NCBI GenBank assembly: GCA_000388065.2
Contig: KB932211.1
DNA from: Fonticula alba ATCC 38817
Taxonomy: Eukaryota > Protista > Nucleariida
DNA length: 26,029 nucleotides
Direction: 5' to 3' (one strand)
The notes below the pieces were generated by a model. The model had not been told where the DNA came from. It ran no database searches and was given only the letters and a program-made list of their open reading frames with translations. The number at the start of each line of letters is the position of its first letter. Within the stretch, counting starts at the first letter, position 1. Positions 10,591 through 19,868 of the stretch are shown in pieces. The position numbers and the translations under genes are program-made.

Positions 10591-10949
10591 CGGAGGGAGC
10601 TCCATGCGCGATCGGAGGCTGCTGGTTTCCTGCTCCAAGCGGAGGGCCTTCTCGCCGCGGCGGATGCGATCGGCCTCGGCCGAGGCCTGAAGGGCGGCCT
10701 GATCGCGGGCGGCCTTCAGCTGCTGGTTCAGCTCGGCGATGCGGCTCTGTGCCTTGGACAGCTGTTGGGTAACCTGTGCGGGGATGGCGCGAGGGTGAGG
10801 GGCTTTTCGCCGGAAGAGCGGGGCGGAGGGGGCAGTCGACGCACATCATCATGGCGCCGGCTCAGGAGGTGGTACTTGCCGATGAGGTTCTCGTCCTGGG
10901 CCAGCGGGTCGGGGGCCGGGGGCGCCCCCGGATCGGCGCCGGGGGGCAT
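7226..10949 (-). CDS. Large hypothetical protein (~1135 aa): N-terminal coiled coil, low-complexity linker, Leu/Ala-rich helical body
   Basis: Proposed exons 10949-10845, 10773-7710, 7601-7401 and 7263-7226. All introns are GT-AG with GTRCGT donors and keep the frame. There is a 3-kb stop-free exon with C/G-ending codon bias. The last exon is the least certain. No family recognised. Confidence 0.75.
9550..9585 (-). repeat. 9-nt coding repeat x4 (Ala-Asp-Thr)
   Basis: ggtgtcggc x4 on the + strand. Confidence 0.85.
10255..10287 (-). repeat. CAG repeat encoding Q11
   Basis: 10 CAG plus 1 CAA in the orphan ORF. Confidence 0.9.
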
Positions 10950-11364
10950 CGCTCGGGGGAGGAGGGAGGGGGTGACGCGCGCGCGCGCGCGCGAAAGACG
11001 GGCAGGCCCAGGCGCGACGGGGCCGGTGGGCAGGGGGGCGGAGGGTTTCTCTTTCTCTTTTCGATCAGCAAGGAGGGGCGTGTGGAGGCGGCGCGGGCGG
11101 GGAGAAATCGGGGGTCTATGCGTGCTGCAGAGCTCGTCGGCAGCCGGTTGTCCGGGTTTTTTTCGACCCACCGAGGGGGCCGCGCGCGTTCGCGGGGCAG
11201 CCTGAGCGCCACGTCCTGCGAGAGGCCTGGGGGAGGGAGAGCCCCGGGAGCCGGCCCTTGTGCTCGGGGGGCTCTCGCTCGGCCCTTCGCTCGACCGGTG
11301 CGGTGGGAGACCGCTCGCCGGGCGATCGGGCCTGGGGCGCGGGCCCCGGGGCAAAAAAGCAAGC

Positions 11365-11438
11365 TGGCCCCAGCCAGGATCGAACTGACGACCTTCGCGT
11401 TATTAGCACGACGCTCTAACCAACTGAGCTATGGGGCC
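11365..11438 (-). tRNA. tRNA-Ile(AAT)
   Basis: GGCCCCA/TGGGGCC acceptor, TCGTG-CT AAT AA-CGCGA anticodon arm, GTTCGATCC T loop; T6 terminator at 11358-11353. Confidence 0.97.
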
Positions 11439-11463
11439 TTGGGTTGGCCGCATGCGCCTGGGC

Positions 11464-11470
11464 ATTTATA
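11464..11470 (-). promoter_or_regulatory. TATA box about 30 nt upstream of tRNA-Ile
   Basis: TATAAAT at -32..-26 in otherwise GC-rich flank. Confidence 0.6.
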
Positions 11471-11836
11471 GGAGAAGCGCCCGCGGTGGAGCCGGGCATA
11501 CGGCCCACGTCCGGGGGATGTGTGTGCGTTGCCGGCGCGATCTTGTTGGGGGGGGGGGGGGGGGGGCGAGGGGCGGGGCCGGCGAATCCCCGCTCAAAGA
11601 GCCATTCCCCCCATTGTTGGGCTCTTTTGCCGGGGGCCCCTCGGGCGCGAAAGCGAGGGCGGTGCGTGTTGCCCGTGCTCGTCCCGGCGCCCGGGGCATG
11701 CATGCATATATATATATATTTTATATGTGTGTGTGTGTGTGTTGCCTCGGAGGGGGCCCCATTATTCCCTCTCCCCCCCATTACACTTCACACACACACA
11801 CACACGACTTTTCCTGCACCGTCTCAACCGTACAGC

Positions 11837-13201
11837 ATGACAGTGGATGGCTCCCCGCAGCCGGCCGGCGACTGGCGGGCCTTCTGGCTGCGCGACCCGG
11901 GCGCGCTGGAGGCCGAGGCCGATGGCGAGTCGGTGCGGAGCTTGCTCTTCGAAAGCCTGGACGAGTGGGCGTCCGGGGGCGAGCCGCGGCCGGCGGTGGC
12001 GGCGGCGGTGGATGCCGCGACCACCGGGCTACTGCTGCTGCTGGAGCGCCATGGCCCGGCGGGGAGGTGGGCCGCGGCCCTGCGGCTTGCGGCCGGGGCC
12101 CACGAGCATGACCGGCGCGTGGGCCAGCTGCTGCGGGGTCTGGCGGCGAAGCCGGAGCTGGCGGCATTGGAGCCGGAGCTCTGCCGGGCACTGGCCGAGC
12201 GCCGGGCCTCGGCGCAGGACCGCGACCTCCGGTACAACAACTTCTTCTCGCTGTGCTTCCCGCCGAATGAGGATGCCGAGGTCGGGGCCTGGCTGGTGCT
12301 GGACGACCGGATGGCCCGGGTGCTGGGGCAGCAGCTGGGCCACGGCGAGGCCGGCGACCCGGACGAGGGCGAGGTGCACTGGGCCACCTTCGCCCGGGTG
12401 CTGGAGTCGGTGCCGGAGCCGGGGTCCTTCCGGGCGCTGGCCCCCTGGCCGCGGGACTTGCGGATGTTCTTCGCCTGGGAGCCGGAGGATGAGCGGCCCG
12501 GGCAGGGGGCGCCCTTCCCGCCGGCCGGGTGGAGTCTCTTCCCGCGTGCCGGGGGGTTTGTCGGGCGGGCGATCCGTCTGCGGGAGGCGGTGCGCCTGTG
12601 CCGAGCCCTGCAGCCGACCTTCGCCCAGGCGGATGCCCTCTTCCGGCAGGTGGACGGGACGTTTGGGTGGGACTGGCGACGCGACGCGGCCGGGGCCTTG
12701 GCGCATGTGCGCCTGCTGGGGGCCGTGCCGGCGGACTACCGAGATCTGCTGGTGGGGGTGGTGGCCCAGGCGGCCGGGGGGTGGGCCGGAGCCGAGGACC
12801 CGGCGCAGGCGGAGGCCCCCGGTGCGGGCGGCCGCGCCCGGCAGCTGGCCCTGACCGTGGGGCTGATGGACTGGCTGGGCTTCGGCTTCGGCTGGGAGGA
12901 CGTCCGGTCGGTGGTGGCGCTGGGCTGCGCGGCCGGCGGGGTGGCGGCCATCCGGGCCGAGGTGGCCCTCCTGGTGGGGCTGCTCCGCCGGGGCGACCCG
13001 GGCGCTGTCGACGAGCCGGCGGCGGCGTCCTCGCCGGTGACCGGCCCGGCGTCGGTGGCCATGCCGGCCGCCGTGGCCGGGACCCTCTTCGGCGAGTGGC
13101 TCCTGGGCGGGGGGGCGCCTGCCCGGGTGGCGGCCATGGTGCTGCCGCCTGGCGGGGCGCAGGAGGTCCACGCCGCGGAGCGCCGGCCGCGCCGCGAGTG
13201 A
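11837..13201 (+). CDS. Intronless hypothetical protein, 454 aa
   Basis: Stop-free frame with protein-like Leu/Ala/Trp helical composition and G/C-ending codons, starting at the first ATG after a microsatellite/pyrimidine-rich leader. The upstream part of track ORF 11444-13201 is non-coding repeat. The CAG just before the ATG could be a splice acceptor. Confidence 0.7.
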   Translation: MTVDGSPQPAGDWRAFWLRDPGALEAEADGESVRSLLFESLDEWASGGEPRPAVAAAVDAATTGLLLLLERHGPAGRWAAALRLAAGAHEHDRRVGQLLRGLAAKPELAALEPELCRALAERRASAQDRDLRYNNFFSLCFPPNEDAEVGAWLVLDDRMARVLGQQLGHGEAGDPDEGEVHWATFARVLESVPEPGSFRALAPWPRDLRMFFAWEPEDERPGQGAPFPPAGWSLFPRAGGFVGRAIRLREAVRLCRALQPTFAQADALFRQVDGTFGWDWRRDAAGALAHVRLLGAVPADYRDLLVGVVAQAAGGWAGAEDPAQAEAPGAGGRARQLALTVGLMDWLGFGFGWEDVRSVVALGCAAGGVAAIRAEVALLVGLLRRGDPGAVDEPAAASSPVTGPASVAMPAAVAGTLFGEWLLGGGAPARVAAMVLPPGGAQEVHAAERRPRRE

Positions 13202-13385
13202 GCGGCCGGTCTCCGGGGGGGGGCATTTCTTCCTGCCGCCCCTCCCCCGGGCGCATCCTGGAGGCGGCACGCTTCGTCGGGCGGTTCTCCCCTCCCTGTG
13301 GCCCGCGCGCGCGCGCGCCCAGCCCAGCCCCCCCTTGTGTTGCCTGCTCTCGTTCAGCGCGGGGCGGCCCGGGCAAAAAAGGTAT

Positions 13386-13458
13386 TTCCCATACCGGGAC
13401 TCGAACCCGGGTCTCGTGGGTGAGAGCCACGTATCCTAACCACCTAGACTATATGGGA
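13386..13458 (-). tRNA. tRNA-Glu(CTC)
   Basis: TCCCATA/TATGGGA acceptor, CGTGG-CT CTC AC-CCACG arm, CCGGG-TTCGAGT-CCCGG T arm; T6 terminator at 13380-13375. Confidence 0.97.
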
Positions 13459-14355
13459 CACACATGTCAGATGACTGCGTCCAGTGACTCATGATGGCGT
13501 TGGTGTGGTGTCCCCCCCCGGCGTGCCAGTCGTGCGGCGATCGGATGGTCCCTGCATTGGCCCCCCCCCCCCCCCCCCCCCGCCGGGACTCGATTGCCAA
13601 TGTATGTCCCCGGCCTGTGGGCGCTTTTCCCCTCGTCGGTGTCTCTGCCTGGCCTCGTCCTGCAGGGAGGGCACTCGTGCGAGCCGGGTCGCGCCACCCT
13701 CTTGGTGCGCGGACACGGGATCTCGCCGGCACGTCGGCGGCCCCATGACCATGCCTTTGGCATGCCCTCTTCGGTCTTCAATCGGTTCTGGACCACCACA
13801 GCGCCCGCCACATTCCGCCGATTCTCATTCTCCGGGCGGCGGCCCGCGAGGCCAGCGTCTCAACCCGAGCGATATGCCAACGATCGGATCGGTGCGGCCC
13901 CGACGCCGCGACCGGCCCCCGACGCCCCCCCCCCCCATTGCCGCCTCCAGTATCCAAAAGACCAATGCATTTGCCTTTTATCGCTGATTGCCTTTTGAGG
14001 GCGCGCCTCCCTCCCCCTCCGGTCCCCGAGGGGCTGGTCCGGCCGCCTCCATCAGTTGGCCATCTCTCGGGGATTTCCACCGACTCTGCCTCCCCGCCGC
14101 CCCCCTCCGGTGGGCAGCCGCTGCTTTTCTTCTCCCCCCGAAGACCGGACCCCTGCGTGTTGGCCCCACCCCGGCGCTCGCATGCCCGGGGGCGAGAGCT
14201 TCCCCTCTCTGGGCTGGGTGTGGTGCTCTCTCCCTCTCTCTCTCTCTCTCGCTCTTGCTCTGCCTTGTATGGGCCTCCCCAGGGTGTAGGTCTCTGATCG
14301 CGCGCTGGTGCGGGATAACGGCCTGCCATTCGCTGCGGGGCAAAAAGGGAAACAC

Positions 14356-14429
14356 TGTCCGAACCAGGACTCGAACCTGGGACATTCTGTGTGTTAGACA
14401 GATATGATAACCATCTACATCATTCGGAC
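14356..14429 (-). tRNA. tRNA-Val(AAC)
   Basis: GTCCGAA/TTCGGAC acceptor, TCTGT-CT AAC AC-ACAGA arm, CCAGG-TTCGAGT-CCTGG T arm; T5 terminator at 14346-14342. Confidence 0.96.
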
Positions 14430-15182
14430 ATGGGGATCGTACATCGCGTTGGGTACATGTACTCACCGGTCGGAGGGGCGGCCGCGTCCGGCGCCCCCCG
14501 CGTGCTCTCGCCGGCGGAGGCAGACACCTTCGTGCAAAACGCGGCCCGCGCCAGGACCGACACCGGCGCCGGGAAGCGACGCCTAGGAAGCGGGACCCGC
14601 ACACAGCCCCCCCTTGCCCGGGGCATCGGAAAGCCCCCCCTCCCCCCGCCGGGGCAGCACGCTCGTCGCCCGCCTCCTTTCCAAGTCTGCCCCGCATGAT
14701 GGTGCGCCCGGGCCGGATATCCCCCCACCCGGGGGAGGAGCAGACTGCTGCCCAGGCCCGGCCCCGTGCAGGGAACACCGGCGCCTCGCCCAGCCGCCCC
14801 CGAGGGCCTGGTCAATGGCGATGCGCCCCGCCCGGTGTTTCTCCCCAGCACCTGCTCGCCTGCCGCCTGGGTGGCGCACAGAGGGGTGTCTCGAGATGTG
14901 GCCGGGTGTCTGCCACCCGCCCCGCGGCCGACTCCGGCAAGCCGGATCTCCCGGGCGCCGGGTCCATCCGTGTGCCCTCCCAGGGGGGGGGAGGGGCTAC
15001 CCTGCGCCGTTTGCCTGCCCGCGGCCCTGGGCTGGTTTGTTTCTGGCGCGACATCGCTGCACGACGACGACGACGGCGGCGGCTGCCGGCGGTGGACCCT
15101 TTCCGTGTGGCAAAAAAAAGGAGCGACTCTCTCTCCTGGCCCCTGGGGTCTGAGATCGGTGCTCGGTCAAAAAGGAGATGTA

Positions 15183-15255
15183 AGCCCACTGTGGGGCTCG
15201 AACCCACGACCCTGGGATTAAGAGTCCCATGCTCTACCAACTGAGCTAAACAGGC
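15183..15255 (-). tRNA. tRNA-Lys(CTT)
   Basis: TGGGA-CT CTT AA-TCCCA arm, canonical D and T arms, acceptor stem with three G-U pairs; T5 terminator at 15173-15169. Confidence 0.93.
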
Positions 15256-15284
15256 TGTACATGGTGGAATGGGACACCGGGGCG

Positions 15285-15292
15285 TATTTATA
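15285..15292 (-). promoter_or_regulatory. TATA box upstream of tRNA-Lys
   Basis: TATAAATA at -37..-30. Confidence 0.6.
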
Positions 15293-16034
15293 CGTGAGCC
15301 GTGGACCCGCGGGCCCCGGCTGGGCGGGCAGCCGCGCCTCGCCGCGTCGCCAGCACACCGTGCGCAAGTCCGAGGCCAGACACGTCGCCCACGCGCAAGG
15401 GGGGTGGTCTGCTTCGCGCCTGCTTGGAGTCTCGTGCCATCGGGAGGGCCGGGATCTTGCGGCCGACGCCACCTGGGCGTGGATGTCCGGCCGGCGTGTA
15501 TCGCGTTTGCCCTGCGCCCTCGTTGTCGGGTGGCGTGTGGAAGGTGCATGACCGGGTCCGAAATGGCGTCCCCGGCAAGTCCCCTTCCCCGGGCTCAATC
15601 CCCCTTGTCCCATGGGCTGCGTGCATTGGGCGGCCTGGAGGGGAGGGCGGATGGCTCGGGGGCTGGTGACGGTCGCGGAGCCTGGCACCCCTGTCCGAGG
15701 GGTATGCATCCCCGAGGTTTTTTTTTTTTTTTTGCCGGGCGTCGCTCTTTTGGCGTTTATTTGTCGGGAGGCCTGGTGTCATGTGTGTGTGAGTGTGTGT
15801 GGACGCAGTGCTCAGGCCGTCTGGCCGCGTGTGGGGCTGGCCATGTGCGAGCGGTGACCCGCGGGCAATGCGGAGGCAGGTGTTGGGCGGCCGACGGAGG
15901 CGGATGTCGAGCCACTCGGCGCCCCTCCCCGGCTGCAGGAAAGGCTGCCGGGGCGGAGCGCGCCCGTTCGCCGGGGACAAGGGCCGCATCCCGGCGACAC
16001 TTGAGCCCGCGCGGTGGGCCACCTTCCAGTGGAG

Positions 16035-16106
16035 TCCCGATTAGTATAGTGGTGAGAATCCCCGCCTGTCACGCGGGAGGCCCGGGTTCAATTCCCGGAT
16101 CGGGAG
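16035..16106 (+). tRNA. tRNA-Asp(GTC)
   Basis: TCCCGAT/ATCGGGA acceptor with G73, CCCGC-CT GTC AC-GCGGG arm; T6 terminator at 16111-16116. Confidence 0.97.
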
Positions 16107-18602
16107 CATCTTTTTTGCACTCGTCTCCCCGGGAGGCGAGAGGGGCCCTTTGGCGGCGCGGGGCGTGCTCTCACGACGCGTGAGGGGGGTGACCCTCGCC
16201 TGTGTGTGGGTTGACCGCCGGCCAGGTGTGGTTGGGGGAGGGCGCGTAGCACACGGCCGGCCTTTCCCCGCGAGAGGGGGCCGGTCGATCGGGGCGAGGA
16301 TTGGGTCCTGCCCCGGGCCGGGCGCGGCTTTGGGGCGCTGCTGGTGTGTGGGTCTTGGAGCCGGCGCTGGCTGCCATCGTCCGGGGGCACACGCGGGTGT
16401 CTGTGTCCGCCGGGGCGCCGGATGGAAGCAGCTCCAGGGAGGCCGTGGCGGTCGGACGGGTCCATTCCGTTCGGCATGTGACGGACGTGCTTGCGGCATG
16501 CTGCCTCCCCGGCAACCAAGGTGTGCCCGGTCCCCGCCGCCGGCGCCGGTGCCCCGGGAGGGGCCGTGGTGCGCGGGGCTGCGCCGACGGCCGGGTCAGC
16601 AGGGCGCTCCCTCGGATCGATTGCCCCGCCCACCCTCGGTGGCGGCAGGGGCGAGAGGCCCTCGGGGCCCTTTCCACCCCCCCCTAGCACCATCGTTGAC
16701 AAGTCCTGGTCGGGGGGATGGCGTCCTGCCCCTCGCGGCGGGGGGTCCTGCCGGCTGGCCAGGGCATGGGCCAGAGTGCTGCCCTTTCCGGCGGTGGGTG
16801 GTCGTGCGGCTTGCTTGCCTGGGCGACGCCGATTGCCATGCCGGACAGACCTGGCTTTTGGCAGTGGGTGAGGCGGTCAACATGACGGACGGGCCCGGGC
16901 CCGGGGCAGCGTGCTGGCCGATCGGGCCCGGGTCGCGGGAGAGGGGGCCTCCCCGAGAGGCCGGTGCCCGGAGGCGGTGACCGGGCGCGCCCCGTGGCGG
17001 GGGGACATGCTGCGGGGCCGTCCTGCCTGTTGGCATGGGCCGCGCCGACTCGGCGCGCGCCGTCCTGGGCCATGTGCCGTGGGCCTGCTCCGGGGCGGGG
17101 GCTCGAGGATCCCGAGTCTGCCCTAGGTCGGGTGGGGATGCTTGCTGCCGGGCCTTGGCGACCGGGAGCACATGCGCGGTGTAGGGCCCGTGGACATGTG
17201 CTCCGGGGAAAGGCGTCGCCGCCCAGGTGCACACGGGCAGGAAATCCGACCGGGGGCCACGGCTTCCGAACGCCCCTCCATGAAGGGCCCGCCCTCGGTG
17301 AAGTGGGGCGCCGGGGCGAGCAGGCGCCGCCACGATGTCCGGCATGGTCGGGCTGCGTGTCGGGTGGCCGCCGGCGCCCCGGCGATGGCCCGGGCATCGG
17401 CCACGGGCGTGAGGCGGTCAGCCGAGCCCTGAAGCCGGGCGCACCAGCCGCCGGGCCGGGTCCTCGACACGACCGGCGCATGGCCGGCGCTTGGGAGGGG
17501 GGCGGGAGGGGGGGGGGGGGCTGCTTGGGTAGGTGGGCCGTCGACATGGGCCAAGGCATCCCGACTGGCGGCCTGGCAGCGTCCAGCAAGCAGGTGCGCT
17601 CCGTGCGACATGGCACCGGGGGGCCGACATCCTGCCGGCCCGGGCCCGGAGGGTCACTGGCCTGGCCTTCCCCCGGCCGGCCAAAGGATGATGGGCGGCC
17701 TTTTGCCCTGCTAGCCAGAGCCGGCGGCCTGGGTGCGGGCCAGTAGCCACGCCCGCGCCTGATCGGGCCGGGGGGTGGCCCGGTCGTGGGGCGGGTCCCC
17801 GAGGGCACGAGTGCCTGCCAGCGGCCGAGGGCGGGAGCATGGATCTGGGTGCTGAGGCCGGGGCCGGGCCGACGGGTGTAGCCTCGGCGTGTCGGCCCTC
17901 CGGGTTGCAGCGCCGCCCGGTGGGCGCCGCCCCGGTCGGCCGCGGGATATGCGGCACCAGCGCGGCGGCCGAAGCCTGGCCGGGTGGCGGCGGTCGGCGC
18001 CCCGGGGCAGCTGCAGCCCGCTCGCCTCGGGTGTGGGGCCCTTGCCCATTTCCCGGGCGTCCGGGCGCGCGGAGTGCCCCTCATGTGTCGCCTCGTCGAC
18101 CGGGTGCAAGGCCGTGTCGGGCCTGCCGACATGGCGCAGGGTGGCCGAGCAGCCGGCCTTTGCCGGGGTCGGCTGCCCGGCAGACAGGATCGCTCCGCGG
18201 TGCGGGCGCCGGCGAGCGCCGGTGCATTGCGATCGCGGGGCACACATCGCACGGGCATCCCGGCACCAATGCCAGCGATGACACCGTGGACGCGGCCGAG
18301 GGGGCCGCCGCGCGCCGGAGGCCGGCGTTTGCGAGAAGATTTGTACGGCCGAGCGCGTCGGGCATCTGGCATTGGCCGTGCCGGCGTCAAGGCGGCCGCT
18401 ATCCACGGGCATGGCCGATGGTGGACGCGGCACGGGGGGCCGACCTTGTGAGCATGCATGCGTGACTCGCCTGCCGCCTGGGCCCAGGCAGCAAGGTGGC
18501 AGAGCCTCCGGGGGCCGAAGGGTCCGGAGGCATGGGTCCCGTCGCGAGGCCCGGGGCTGCGCAGGCGCCTGCGCAGGCACCTGCTCGGCCGCCAGCAAGT
18601 TG

Positions 18603-18684
18603 CACACCCACACCCACACCCACACCCACCCACACCCACACCCACACCCACACCCACACCCACACCCACACCCACACTCACCCA

Positions 18685-18717
<33 letters not shown>

Positions 18718-18752
18718 ACCCCCCCCCCCCCCCCCCCCCCCCCACACACACA
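18603..18752. repeat. (CCCACA)n hexamer array, ~58-nt C homopolymer and a short (CA)n
   Basis: About 13 CCCACA units at 18603-18684; poly-C at 18686-18743 with a single A. Confidence 0.92.
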
Positions 18753-19021
18753 CCGGCACGAATACATACGCCGATACACATGCGCGGGGGCATCGCCCAG
18801 GGCGGGAGGCACACAGGCGGACATTGTGCCGGGCGGCACCGAGGCGGGAGCCCGCAGGCCCAAGTCCGTGGCGGAAGGCTGCGCATGGGGCGCGGCCACG
18901 CAGGAGGGAGCTGCCGACAGCGCCCCGGGCGTGCTCATGTCGCCCTGCGGGGCATAGGCTTGCCAGCCGGCGCCCCTCCGCGCCGTTTGAAAGCCCGGGA
19001 CGAGGGGAGTTTGTCGGAAAT

Positions 19022-19095
19022 GGCCGCGTAGCTCAATTGGATAGAGCACCTGACTACGGATCAGGAGGTTGTGTGTTCGAGCCGCATCGTGGTCA
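19022..19095 (+). tRNA. tRNA-Arg(ACG)
   Basis: GGCCGCG/CGTGGTC acceptor, CCTGA-CT ACG GA-TCAGG arm; T5 terminator at 19103-19107. Confidence 0.95.
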
Positions 19096-19153
19096 ATGTT
19101 CATTTTTGCGCGGGGCCCGGAGACTCTTTGTTGCTCGGTTATGGCCGTCCAAT

Positions 19154-19159
19154 AAAAAA
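19154..19159 (-). terminator. Pol III T6 terminator, probably shared by the Gly-Thr pair
   Basis: First T run downstream of both tRNA-Gly and tRNA-Thr on the minus strand. Confidence 0.8.
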
Positions 19160-19165
19160 GCAATG

Positions 19166-19237
19166 TGCTCATTGGGTGGATCGAACACCCGACCTCCAGT
19201 TTACTAGACTGGCGCTCTACCACTGAGCTAAACGAGC
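19166..19237 (-). tRNA. tRNA-Thr(AGT), copy 1
   Basis: GCTCGTT/AATGAGC acceptor, CCAGT-CT AGT AA-ACTGG arm, GGGTG-TTCGATC-CACCC T arm. Confidence 0.97.
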
Positions 19238-19242
19238 GTGCT

Positions 19243-19313
19243 TGCGTCGACCGGGAATCGAACCCGGGTCTACCGCGTGGCAGGCGGCAATTCTACCACT
19301 AAACCATCGACGC
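19243..19313 (-). tRNA. tRNA-Gly(GCC)
   Basis: GCGTCGA/TCGACGC acceptor, 71 nt, anticodon loop CT GCC AC, CCGGG-TTCGATT-CCCGG T arm; no terminator of its own. Confidence 0.97.
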
Positions 19314-19786
19314 TTGGGGGTGGGCGCCCCATCTCGCCTGATATTAGTTGGCCCGCCTCGGCCAAGGGGCCCCCGGCGTGGTCCGCGTGTATTTTGCTCC
19401 CCCTTGGCGAGCCATGCGCTCACGCCGCGCGCCCGCGCCCGGCGAGCGCGTGTGTCTCCCCGGCCCCGCACATCGCGGTGGATACTTGCTCCATCCCCCG
19501 CCCCTGCGGCCCCTCGGCGGCCCCGAATGCTTAGCCCTGTGCTGTGCTCCGGCGTGGCATCTCGCGGCCGCCATTCTCGCGGCGGTGGCGCCCCTGTGAC
19601 GGGGTGTCTCACCGGGGAGTCCCCCCGCCCTGTCTGGCATGCCCCCCCCCCCGCCGTGGCTGTGCAGAGGACGCCGAGCCCCTGTGCTCGGACCCCTTTG
19701 GTGTGTTCCTCTCTCTCGCACCTTATCTTCTTGGGGGACCGCCGCCGGGCGGCGCCGGCCTCCACTCTTAGCGTGCAAAAAGAATG

Positions 19787-19868
19787 CATCACCGGCAGGA
19801 TTTGAACCTACGCGGGCAGAGCCCATCCGATTTCTAATCGGACTCCTTAACCACTCGGACACGGTGAT
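19787..19868 (-). tRNA. tRNA-Ser(AGA)
   Basis: ATCACCG/CGGTGAT acceptor with G73, TCCGA-TT AGA AA-TCGGA arm, long variable arm GGGC-TCT-GCCC; T5 terminator at 19781-19777. Confidence 0.96.

Noticed and set aside
13583-13595. B-box-like fragment ATCGAGTCCCGG on the minus strand
   Set aside because: No A box or cloverleaf; too short to call a tRNA pseudogene.
13973-13997. GCCTTTTAT resembling U5 snRNA loop I
   Set aside because: It differs from GCCTTTTAC, has no closing stem and has no Sm site downstream.
18603-18684. Calling the (CCCACA)n array a true telomeric or interstitial telomeric repeat
   Set aside because: The organism's telomere motif is unknown from this window, so it is kept only as a G4-forming repeat.
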